Shown in pieces: positions 36,210 through 44,430 of a DNA stretch of 64,000 bases. The stretch spans positions 1 through 64,000 of IMG/VR virus record IMGVR_UViG_3300014208_000023. One strand, given 5' to 3'. Source of the stretch: a virus. Lineage: Duplodnaviria; Caudoviricetes. The stretch's first letter is position 1. Every line of letters starts with the position of its first letter. Below the pieces are notes generated by a model. It was not told where the DNA came from. It searched no databases and worked only from the letters and a program-made list of their open reading frames with translations. Position numbers and translations under genes: made by a program.

Positions 36210-36532
36210 TCTAGTGCCGTCTCAATCTCTTTTCCTACAACGATGGAGACTCCCACGACTACTGGAATTGCAAGCAATGTAAAAATCCCAACGAGCCAAT
36301 ACGCTACTGAACTGCCATTTCCAGTAATATGGTGGAGCCCATACAGATTATCACTAATGAATTGGCCGAACATAGCTACGCCTGGAAACACAAACAAGCC
36401 AACCACTACCGTGGTAACTGCACCAAGAATGGCTCGGCCAATCTTGTATGCAATAGGATATGAGCGCTTGAATGGAACTACTTCCTTGGGCTCGGGAGGC
36501 TCGGTAGGCGGAGGGCAATTAGTTCGATACAT
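36206..36532 (-). CDS. two-TM membrane protein
   Basis: two hydrophobic segments. Confidence 0.65.
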   Translation of the reverse strand: MYRTNCPPPTEPPEPKEVVPFKRSYPIAYKIGRAILGAVTTVVVGLFVFPGVAMFGQFISDNLYGLHHITGNGSSVAYWLVGIFTLLAIPVVVGVSIVVGKEIETALE

Positions 36533-36779
36533 TAGTAAATCCTTTGGACGAGAGTGTCCGCTTTATGTGAGCGAAGCGAGCGATACCGAACTGGATCTAG
36601 TTATCCAGATGATCAAACTACTTTATTATTATTCAGTATAACTATTCCCAGACCGAGAGCTTTGTGGGCCGCGCTACCGCTTGGCCTGCTATACTCGATC
36701 GTCGAAGACTGCTGACCTCACCAAGTGAGGTATATCACAGGATCTTAAAGTTTAAAGAATAGTAATAAAATACTTTATG

Positions 36780-37115
36780 TCAGTTGAGTATCATCCACCT
36801 ACGCCCACTATCAGGGTCAATATTGTACCGATGATACTCAGGCATCGTGAAGCCATTCTTCTTGTATAGATGAATAGCTCTAGCGTTACCGCTAAGAACG
36901 TCAAGGGTAATCGTCGTCATACCACGGTTACGAGCTTCTTGAATAAGCTCAAGCATCATCATGTGACCGTGACCCTTATCACGATTCGCCTCGGAGATAA
37001 CGTAGTTACAAATGAAACCAACCTCATCTCCATGAAGATCAAACCTGCCAGTTACTTTGGGATCCGAATCACATACCCACGCATAGTGATTGTGTGTTTT
37101 GATAAGCATGGGCAT
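36780..37115 (-). CDS. GNAT acetyltransferase
   Basis: motif A ISEANRDKGHG, ITLDVLSGNARAIHLYKKNGF. Confidence 0.9.
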   Translation of the reverse strand: MPMLIKTHNHYAWVCDSDPKVTGRFDLHGDEVGFICNYVISEANRDKGHGHMMMLELIQEARNRGMTTITLDVLSGNARAIHLYKKNGFTMPEYHRYNIDPDSGRRWMILN

Positions 37116-37121
37116 GTCCTT

Positions 37122-37376
37122 TCATTTTTTAGTTTCGAGATATGGAATGGGGGATGGAACGACTTCGCAATATGTAAAGGCTTTTCGATAACCTTCCCAC
37201 CAAGCTTTACCAGTAGCAAGACGCTGCTTTAGCCAAGCATCTTTCCAAGAATCTCTTTCGGCCATAAGGCTTTTCAATTTTGAATTCAAGCCATTGATTT
37301 CTTGATTAGCTTTAGCTAAAAGCTTTCGGTCATATTCAACTTGAGGAAATGGATCTGATTCAAACTCATATTGCAT
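37122..37376 (-). CDS. coiled-coil hypothetical protein (start MQYEFESD)
   Basis: GGAG RBS before internal Met of track ORF 37122..37541. Confidence 0.65.
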   Translation of the reverse strand: MQYEFESDPFPQVEYDRKLLAKANQEINGLNSKLKSLMAERDSWKDAWLKQRLATGKAWWEGYRKAFTYCEVVPSPIPYLETKK

Positions 37377-37632
37377 ATGTGCTCCATTGAAAAAGCTTGA
37401 GAGACACGGTGCTTGGTAGTGGTAGGCTGATGCCAAACTTATAACCACTTTAGCCGTTAGCCTGACTTGCTGATTACTACTAGGGGAGCTACCCGGTTCG
37501 CAAGGTAGAGCGATACCCCAAAAAGGGGAACCAATACGCAATCAACAAAAATAAATTCCATTTTAGGGAATATATTCCAGACCTTGGTAATACTCTGCTA
37601 AAAAATATTACCTTTACCATCCAATCTCTCAG

Positions 37633-37701
37633 TGGTTCGCATAGGACTTGCACCTACATGCCAGGGTGGGAGCCCTGTATACTGCTTTGTATGAACGAAC
37701 C
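37633..37701 (-). tRNA. trnG: atypical tRNA-Gly(CCC)
   Basis: GGTTCGT..GCGAACC-A; AC CAGGG CT-CCC-A CCCTG (6-nt loop if fully paired); T loop TGCAAGT. Confidence 0.6.
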
Positions 37702-38090
37702 TAATTCACATTCTTACGTGGAATGCGACATGTAACGGCCATGATAGTCATGTTATCATTATTCAATACTGAATGGGTCGTGTCCTTGATTGACACCTTA
37801 ACGTTTGGGAAATTCAACTTTAGTAATCGAACGGCCTTCTTTAGGAGAAGGTCAAACTTCTCTGGAGTTAAACTTGAGACATCTTTGGCCAAGTAGTATG
37901 GCTCAGTCATTAGCTCTATAGTAACTTCAAAATGAGAGGGATGCTCTTCCAAATTATTATCTGCAACGAATGGGTATAGGTCTTTCATAACCGCATCCAT
38001 TCTATCTCTTACAGAATCCTTCTCTGTATCTCCCGATACTTCATCTAGAAATTCATCGGCTAACTTAATGAGTTCTGAATTGGCTGCCAT
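37701..38090 (-). CDS. hypothetical protein
   Basis: ORF; stop abuts tRNA. Confidence 0.7.
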   Translation of the reverse strand: MAANSELIKLADEFLDEVSGDTEKDSVRDRMDAVMKDLYPFVADNNLEEHPSHFEVTIELMTEPYYLAKDVSSLTPEKFDLLLKKAVRLLKLNFPNVKVSIKDTTHSVLNNDNMTIMAVTCRIPRKNVN

Positions 38091-38099
38091 TATGTAATG

Positions 38100-38700
38100 A
38101 TAGAATATTCACAGAAGTGTATTAGATTACTCGGAGAGTACGAACCGATAGTTGGAGTCATCGATGGAAGGTTAAAGGCCATCACCAATGTTCCGAGGCA
38201 TCCCTCTAACTGGTTGCTGAACAACCCGCACATAGAACATAATCTAACACACTTCAGTCGGTCCTTGATTATAGGCCTTTGGGGGAGGAGAATCCATAAT
38301 CAAGGACTGACTGAAAAGCGTTAGAGATTAATGATTTTAAACCAGCCCCTAACTTTTGGGCGCCTTCTAACTATGAGAGACTACCTCTACGGTCGAGGGT
38401 GAGATCAAGCACCCAGCGGCAAAGGGATCGTTTTACATCATAGAGTTAGCGGGCTGATTGAAAAGCGTTAGTGATACGGTAGAGCCAGCTACCGAACCTT
38501 TATTCAATTACCATTACTGGATGGTTGCCGCTATTACATTGCGGCTTCGCCTACTGATAACCAGGAATCAATTCTGCGGGGATAAGGAGGTTTTAGTCAG
38601 TTCCCTAACCTTGCGTCGGATTTAACCGCGAGTGTTTATCTTTGAGCTGCATCATGGACTTATGCTCGATTCAAATGCTGTTACGCACACACAAGCTCAT
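38100..38700 (-). ncRNA. candidate large (~600 nt) structured ncRNA
   Basis: 20-bp near-perfect helix, 22-nt direct repeat, pseudoknot potential, no credible ORF. Confidence 0.55.
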
Positions 38701-38865
38701 TGTCAATAGGTATGTATCATTTCAACCTAAAGACTCAGCATTCTACTTACATCCCTGTATCCTACCTGATGTAATCAAATAGGCCGGGGATAAAGACTAG
38801 AAACTACTATCTGACTTATAGTTTCCATTACCGGCAAATTGTATTTCAATTCAGACCGGATTGAT

Positions 38866-39141
38866 TTATTCCGCTGCCTCTTCCGGGATCGGAAGGCGCA
38901 GGCTATTGAGCAGAGCGTTGCGATCCTCCTTGCCTTCCGGCATAGGCCTTCCAGCGAGAATCCAAGCCTTGCGCTTGACGTGATAGTTGCGATGCCCGGT
39001 GAATCGGGCTTCGTTGCAGTTCTCGGCATTGATAGCCTTCTCTGCACGCACACGAGTGAAGCCCTTTTTGGCAGCACTCAAGTTCTGACGCTTGATGCCC
39101 AACTGGATCTTACTCTTCGTTCCGCTTCGTCCCCTAGACAT
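38866..39141 (-). CDS. basic hypothetical protein
   Basis: Arg/Lys-rich ORF with AAGGAG RBS. Confidence 0.7.
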   Translation of the reverse strand: MSRGRSGTKSKIQLGIKRQNLSAAKKGFTRVRAEKAINAENCNEARFTGHRNYHVKRKAWILAGRPMPEGKEDRNALLNSLRLPIPEEAAE

Positions 39142-39180
39142 GTTCGTTCTCCTTATTTTGTTGTGATATATCTAATCATA

Positions 39181-39597
39181 ATGCATAAAAAATCTAGAGA
39201 CAGACTCCATCCCATGATGGTTAGCGCCAGACAAACTTATAATCACTCCTATAAGAAGAAAGATAAAAATTGCTGTGATTTTGAAACCTTCTATCGGTTA
39301 TCACAACTACCTTGCCATTACTGTGGGAGAAACCCATTTAGAATTTACAATATAGGAAATTGTAGGGAAGGTAGCTATTATACGACCGATGAGCAGAAGG
39401 AGAATGGTAATTTTGTTTATAACGGAATTGACCGAATAGACAGTACGAAAAGTCATACTTCAGATAATTTAGTTCCGTGTTGTTGGGTATGCAACCGAGC
39501 GAAGGCAAATAAGCCTGTAGAAGAATTTCTTGAATGGATTGAGTTAGTATATAATTATACTAAACTAACTCATCGAACATCCGACACAACCGTTTAA
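39181..39597 (+). CDS. HNH-like homing endonuclease
   Basis: PCHYCG..NGIDRIDSTKSHTSDNLVPCCWVCNRAK; start reassigned to 39181 after TGATATATC motif. Confidence 0.85.
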   Translation: MHKKSRDRLHPMMVSARQTYNHSYKKKDKNCCDFETFYRLSQLPCHYCGRNPFRIYNIGNCREGSYYTTDEQKENGNFVYNGIDRIDSTKSHTSDNLVPCCWVCNRAKANKPVEEFLEWIELVYNYTKLTHRTSDTTV

Positions 39598-39829
39598 TGA
39601 TATAGATGTTATGCATCCTACAACGGAAGCCAATATATACCCATGGTTGCACTAATTCATATTGCCCTTTATACTCGGGAACCTTTTTGAAGGCCTCACA
39701 ATATTTTGCCGAAAAGAATTTCGACTGTGTATTGTATGCCAAGTATGACATAATTTTATGTGTGCCGCTTTCTGCTAACTTTAGTGCCAGACGGAAAATT
39801 TGATATAAGATCGCAGATGTCACAATCAT
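39560..39829 (-). CDS. hypothetical protein
   Basis: ORF in run. Confidence 0.45.
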   Translation of the reverse strand: MIVTSAILYQIFRLALKLAESGTHKIMSYLAYNTQSKFFSAKYCEAFKKVPEYKGQYELVQPWVYIGFRCRMHNIYIIKRLCRMFDELV

Positions 39830-40061
39830 TTGAATTGTGACTGCTCATCGAGTTAATGGTATCTCGAAGCTCTCTCATTGGCTTGCCAGGCGGACCCTCA
39901 AACCAACAGAAGTCTCCACGCCCATCATCGTATTGAGATATGACTCCATCGGATACCGCCTTCTTAAGCAGCGGTTCGGGGTCTTCTTTCCACGGACCAT
40001 GTATTTCGTATTTTACAATACGACTCTTCGATGGTCCGAATTGTTTATTACGCTTACTCAT
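39756..40061 (-). CDS. hypothetical protein
   Basis: ORF in run. Confidence 0.55.
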   Translation of the reverse strand: MSKRNKQFGPSKSRIVKYEIHGPWKEDPEPLLKKAVSDGVISQYDDGRGDFCWFEGPPGKPMRELRDTINSMSSHNSNDCDICDLISNFPSGTKVSRKRHT

Positions 40062-40570
40062 TTTATTAATCTATGAATACATGAATAGGTTGCGCATATA
40101 CATGGCTGAACAGTTAGGCCATCGCCGCCATCAGGGTCGGGCACATGAGGAACTGAAACAACCTTGCCATCTAGTCTAACGCATTCATCTAACTCATGCA
40201 ACAAGGCAAAGGCAATTAGATTGCGGACAGCACACACAACGTCTAGCTCTAGCATATCTTCTGGGTTGATATACTTCGCCGTGCTTAGCCTTACCCAATT
40301 GTAAGGAGGACAATTAGACTTGACGCTGAAGTAAATCTTCAGCATCACACCAGAGTTATGCTTGTTACATTCAATGAGGATGTCCATTAGCGATGGATAC
40401 TTTTTAATATCCACACGTCCAATCACGGAGATTGCTTCGTCCTGCGTCATCCGTTTTACCTTCAATGTTTTATGTCTATCGCCGGAACGGATAAAGGTGC
40501 GATCGACACGATTAAGAGAGTAAAGAATAATTGAGGAATCGAACCTCTGATCCGTCGATCTTGTTGCCAA
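40058..40570 (-). CDS. hypothetical protein (start uncertain)
   Basis: ORF; LLHELDE motif. Confidence 0.6.
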   Translation of the reverse strand: MATRSTDQRFDSSIILYSLNRVDRTFIRSGDRHKTLKVKRMTQDEAISVIGRVDIKKYPSLMDILIECNKHNSGVMLKIYFSVKSNCPPYNWVRLSTAKYINPEDMLELDVVCAVRNLIAFALLHELDECVRLDGKVVSVPHVPDPDGGDGLTVQPCICATYSCIHRLIK

Positions 40571-40620
40571 ACTAAAAGGGAATCGAACCCTATCCTAGCC
40601 AGGTATCCTTTACTCTCAGC
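40571..40620 (-). pseudogene. truncated tRNA-like RNA (T-arm plus weak acceptor)
   Basis: AGGG TTCGATT CCCT; no D-arm. Confidence 0.4.
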
Positions 40621-40719
40621 GCCCATGGTAGGAGTCGAACCTACAACGACCCGGAAAGACTACGCACCTTCTACGGTGGATAATCCGGCCAGTATGTCTG
40701 CCAATTGCATCACACGGGC
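40620..40719 (-). ncRNA. tRNA-Leu-like RNA with elongated anticodon arm
   Basis: GCCCGTG..CATGGGC acceptor, Leu-type D-loop AATTGGCAGAC, T-arm GTAGG TTCGACT CCTAC; ~38-nt AC arm ending CACC GTAGAA GGTG. Confidence 0.7.
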
Positions 40720-40726
40720 GGAAGGA

Positions 40727-41071
40727 TCAACCTTCGTGAATCGTATCGCCGGCCTTCACGTCAGAAGCAACAATGTTCTTTCCATTGCGCATGACCGTGA
40801 ATGCTCCACTGATAGGAAACTGATTCTCCTCCAGCGGCGTGCCTTCCTTACCAGGAGTAAAGCCCGCCGCCTTACATGCACGTCGAAGCTCTCGCGTCTT
40901 GCCCTTGAGTGACTTTTCAAATGCCATTTTCTTTTTATTCCTTTCCGCTATCTCAGCGGCCAGATATTCCCTAGCGGCACAATCGCCACAATAAGGATCG
41001 CCACATCCATCACACGCACTCACGGCTCGCCTCCGTTTGCTTCCCATACTGATAGCGTAGACTTGACCCAA
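40727..41071 (-). CDS. hypothetical zinc-binding protein
   Basis: CDGCGDPYCGDC. Confidence 0.6.
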   Translation of the reverse strand: MGQVYAISMGSKRRRAVSACDGCGDPYCGDCAAREYLAAEIAERNKKKMAFEKSLKGKTRELRRACKAAGFTPGKEGTPLEENQFPISGAFTVMRNGKNIVASDVKAGDTIHEG

Positions 41072-41424
41072 TAGTCACAATATGCAATACATTCGTGTAT
41101 GCATCCATGAACGGTGGGCCCATAAATATCTCCCAAGTTAAGTCTACACATATAAACTTGATGACACTCTTCGCACCGCCACAAATCTCCGGTCTTCAAA
41201 ACTACAGGTGGCTTTTCAATTACATTGGAAAAGTATTGCCACCAATGTTTCTTGGATCCAAGATCAGGCTTAGGAAGCTTGCAGGTGTGAGTGACTAGTG
41301 GTGGAGAGATGGATTTCTTGACGGGCTTAGGAGGTGATGCCGGAACCACAATTAATCCAAACCTTTTTATGGGGACCTCTACATACACCACCATCTCTGC
41401 CGGTTGTCTATATGGCATTACCAA
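41020..41424 (-). CDS. hypothetical protein
   Basis: HTC..WRCEECH. Confidence 0.6.
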   Translation of the reverse strand: MVMPYRQPAEMVVYVEVPIKRFGLIVVPASPPKPVKKSISPPLVTHTCKLPKPDLGSKKHWWQYFSNVIEKPPVVLKTGDLWRCEECHQVYMCRLNLGDIYGPTVHGCIHECIAYCDYWVKSTLSVWEANGGEP

Positions 41425-41801
41425 AGATCCTCGGAGTAAAGATCAGGGCCATCGTATCCGCCCTTACGGCGATTAATCTGACCAGACTCGGTTGCGATTA
41501 CAAACGCTTCCTTACGTGTAAGAAACTTGCCGGCATCATCAACGAAGCCTTGAGTATCGCGCTCTTTACCAACCTTGCCAGCCATCATGCCCGAATGCAG
41601 AATATGATGGTGGCGGTTTGGTTTAGGTAGAGAGTAGGTAACTCCATCCCTAACGATTGCTACATGAGTAATCATTATCTTTTTCCCACACCAAGCAAGG
41701 ATGCCTAACGGCCCACGATGCGCTATACGGCGATTGAGTGCGATGAAAGAAGCATTTCCTCTATCACACCAAAAGCAGTTCGCCTCTACACGAGTAGTCA
41801 T
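41418..41801 (-). CDS. conserved hypothetical phage protein
   Basis: RHHHILH..QGFVDDAGKFLTRKEAF..LYSEDLW. Confidence 0.7.
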   Translation of the reverse strand: MTTRVEANCFWCDRGNASFIALNRRIAHRGPLGILAWCGKKIMITHVAIVRDGVTYSLPKPNRHHHILHSGMMAGKVGKERDTQGFVDDAGKFLTRKEAFVIATESGQINRRKGGYDGPDLYSEDLW

Positions 41802-42347
41802 TCACATATGCTCGGAAGCAACCTTACTAAACATCCAAGGCTTCGTCTCGAATGTCTCTACGGCCTTGCCATTACTGAATGGTTCTAGGAAGACGGAACG
41901 ATCAGTAACTTCCGGCCCCTCGAAGAACAGAACGCTTGCTCCCCTAGAGAATCGAATGCTATGAATTTCATCTGCCTTCATGGAGTACGTATCACCAGAC
42001 TGGTATCTATTCTGAAACTCCTCATAGACTTCAGGAACACCAGTTCTGGTAATATCATACTCCCCATGAGTAGTGCTTGACCGACGCATGAATCCAATCG
42101 CATAGCTATCGCCATGTTCGGAAGGCTTAAAGATGATATTATCCACAATACCATTCAGAACCAGGCAGGAGAAGTCAAACCGATGACTATGCGGAGTAAT
42201 CCACTCGCGTGAATTTCTATCGGTAGTAAAGAGTCGGACCATTCCGTGACCCTCACCACCAACAAGCTCTGACGTAAGGCCAGGAACCACATACTGATGT
42301 ATGGGATTGTTGGCCATAGACTTCACAATCTCAAGAAGATTTTTCAT
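41802..42347 (-). CDS. cupin-like protein
   Basis: PHSHRFDFSCLVLNG and IHSIRF cupin-type His motifs. Confidence 0.65.
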   Translation of the reverse strand: MKNLLEIVKSMANNPIHQYVVPGLTSELVGGEGHGMVRLFTTDRNSREWITPHSHRFDFSCLVLNGIVDNIIFKPSEHGDSYAIGFMRRSSTTHGEYDITRTGVPEVYEEFQNRYQSGDTYSMKADEIHSIRFSRGASVLFFEGPEVTDRSVFLEPFSNGKAVETFETKPWMFSKVASEHM

Positions 42348-42618
42348 TATCGATATGGCCCTTCAATACCTTGAGGGTGCGATTGTTATCGTCTTCCCAT
42401 GCCTTGATTGTTTTCTTATTGCTTTTTTCCCAAGCAATATAGATTCGCTCATTACTTTCTCTCCACGCATCAATGACTCTATTGGCGGCATTGTATCCAC
42501 CAATAGCAAAGCCAACGGTAAAGGAAAGTGCAGCAACACACGCGATTGCAATTATGATTAGCATTTGTCCCCGCTCCACCGTCTCTTTTTTAATTAGAAG
42601 ACGGAAACTAATCGTCAC
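42331..42618 (-). CDS. single-TM protein
   Basis: hydrophobic segment. Confidence 0.6.
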   Translation of the reverse strand: MTISFRLLIKKETVERGQMLIIIAIACVAALSFTVGFAIGGYNAANRVIDAWRESNERIYIAWEKSNKKTIKAWEDDNNRTLKVLKGHIDNEKSS

Positions 42619-43448
42619 TAGCTCTTTAGACTAGGACTGACGGAAATTGTTTGTCCCTTTGCATATCCGCGACTCATTGCGATATGGTCTCTCTGCGCCT
42701 TACTGGCCGCAGCCTTACCAATCTTCGCTTCAGGATTCTTATTGAGATAAGCCTCCTCCGCATTCTTTGCCTTATTGCTAACGAGAACCATTGCCCCGGA
42801 AGAACCAGCACGAAGAACGGCATTACGTTCGGCATTCATCTTGTCAACGAATCCACGGACACAACCAAGTGCCCAAGATTCCTTTTCAGGATTGACGCCG
42901 CGTTTGTTACGAAGTCTTCCTTCATCATCCACAAAGATGTTACCTGCCGGATGAGCGGCATCAACAAGCTCTTGAATGAGACCGACAAGATACTCGAACA
43001 TATAAAGAGCAACTTCAATGTCACTCTTACATCCGAAGACGCGGTAACGACTACCGCGTCCAGTAGAAGACTTGTGATACTTCAGACAGTAAAGTCCGTT
43101 AAGCTCGGCAATCTTCCATGCCAGCTCTGCCTTCCAAGGAGTAGAGCGTCCGGTGTCATAGATGATATGCTCACCTTCAACATCGATATCTTCGGCAGTA
43201 GCTTCTCCGCGAGAAACTAATTCTGCTTCCGAGATTTGAAACTCAGCCATGTACTTGGATGCAGCTTTCGCGGCAGCTTCGGCTTCATGGATAGAATGAG
43301 TCCCATTCGCAAGACGGCGCAGATTGAGAATGCGTGCCTTGATCTTTTCGAGATTGGTAGTCTCACTCATAGTGATATTCCTTTGCGTAGGAGGACGTTG
43401 GTTTTTACAATCTCCTCTGAACCAACAAAACAGGCTCGTCGTTCTCAT
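42618..43448 (-). CDS. DUF2786-domain protein
   Basis: KIKARILNLRRLA..HEAEAAAKAASKYMAEFQI N-terminal domain; start probably MSETT. Confidence 0.8.
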   Translation of the reverse strand: MRTTSLFCWFRGDCKNQRPPTQRNITMSETTNLEKIKARILNLRRLANGTHSIHEAEAAAKAASKYMAEFQISEAELVSRGEATAEDIDVEGEHIIYDTGRSTPWKAELAWKIAELNGLYCLKYHKSSTGRGSRYRVFGCKSDIEVALYMFEYLVGLIQELVDAAHPAGNIFVDDEGRLRNKRGVNPEKESWALGCVRGFVDKMNAERNAVLRAGSSGAMVLVSNKAKNAEEAYLNKNPEAKIGKAAASKAQRDHIAMSRGYAKGQTISVSPSLKS

Positions 43449-43479
43449 GCCGAGGAATGAGAATCAACAATCTCCTTAT

Positions 43480-43635
43480 AGTTCTGAGGTTGAGAATCAG
43501 ACAGCAGTATGGATTGACGTGGGATGATATCGAGGAATGTGCGCGTGGTTAATTACTCCAATTGCAATCAGACCTACTATCTCCTCGTCGCCTTATGTAG
43601 CCATGGTCCGCTATCTGATTCTCAATCCCAGAACT
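43480..43635 (-). repeat. long intergenic inverted repeat related to the CCTTCT-stem family
   Basis: AGTTCTG/CAGAACT plus TTGAGAATCAGA/TCTGATTCTCAA; followed by AAGGAG. Confidence 0.65.
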
Positions 43636-43642
43636 GGTTATT

Positions 43643-43870
43643 TCACTGACTCATATCAGGACATGTGCAGTCTTCTTGCTCACAATCCACACAATGGAAA
43701 GCTTCCTTGGGAACGCCTCGAAGACAGGCCTCAATCATTTTGGTTTGCAGGTATGAAGTATTGAATACTCTATACAAAGTAACCCAAAACAATACTACTA
43801 TCTTGCACCAAAAAGACTTGGCAGGAATCACTTTTACAGTGACAACTGGTTTTGCGTTATTTCTATACAT
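43643..43870 (-). CDS. hypothetical protein
   Basis: C-terminal HCVDC..CTC. Confidence 0.5.
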   Translation of the reverse strand: MYRNNAKPVVTVKVIPAKSFWCKIVVLFWVTLYRVFNTSYLQTKMIEACLRGVPKEAFHCVDCEQEDCTCPDMSQ

Positions 43871-43873
43871 AAC

Positions 43874-44173
43874 CTATTGTCCGAACGGTGGAGGGTCAGG
43901 AAGGTCTTTCCAAGGAGGAGTCCATCCGGGGTAACACTTACCATCCAGCTTCACCGTACCATCGTCACACTCATAAACATCGATGCGGCAATTACCACCG
44001 CTAACCGACCTAGTAATGTAACAGACCGACCCAGGAGTCTTTGAATGATCTTCAACTGGAGCCGGTCTTTGCGGCGGTTCGTTTGCAACCGGAACCGGAT
44101 AAGGATCCGGGTCTCCATCTGCCGCACAACCACACATAGAGATTGAAACAAGAATCACAATTGAACGTAACAT
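43874..44173 (-). CDS. Cys/Pro-rich lipoprotein
   Basis: ISMCGC lipobox; DGDPDP linker. Confidence 0.7.
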   Translation of the reverse strand: MLRSIVILVSISMCGCAADGDPDPYPVPVANEPPQRPAPVEDHSKTPGSVCYITRSVSGGNCRIDVYECDDGTVKLDGKCYPGWTPPWKDLPDPPPFGQ

Positions 44174-44181
44174 TATGACTC

Positions 44182-44430
44182 CTAGTTCCAGTTTTTGTCT
44201 ATCTCATTCAGAAGATCAGACTCGCTCCATCCAATAGACTTTAGGACAGAATCAAAACCATCGACGTACTCAGAGAGTAGATCAATATCTACTGTAAAGA
44301 TACATGTGATTACGTTTCCATTTTTGATGGAAAAAATATTGCTATCTGAGGAATTCCTAGATACTTTTCTAGTAAGAGGGCGCATCCTTTTTGCGATAGA
44401 AGTAAGTGTAATCATTGTGTGCATTTCCAA
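44182..44430 (-). CDS. hypothetical protein
   Basis: ORF in run. Confidence 0.55.
   Translation of the reverse strand: MEMHTMITLTSIAKRMRPLTRKVSRNSSDSNIFSIKNGNVITCIFTVDIDLLSEYVDGFDSVLKSIGWSESDLLNEIDKNWN

Noticed and set aside
37470-37520. GGGG..CTACC/GGTAG..CCCC hairpin
   Set aside because: A single imperfect hairpin with no family features; probably a terminator or leader.
38270-38690. RNase P RNA or group I intron identity for the large structured region
   Set aside because: Only partial look-alikes (GAGCATAAGTCC; GACTA/TAGTC). The CR-V ACAGAA..GGCUUA is missing, the P4-like pairing lacks the bulged U and clashes with the 20-bp helix, and the R-S spacing is ~210 nt. Left unassigned pending Infernal.
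38839-39180. N-terminal 114 aa of track ORF 38839..39597
   Set aside because: Antisense to 38866..39141; the nuclease domain and TGATATATC signal indicate a start at 39181.
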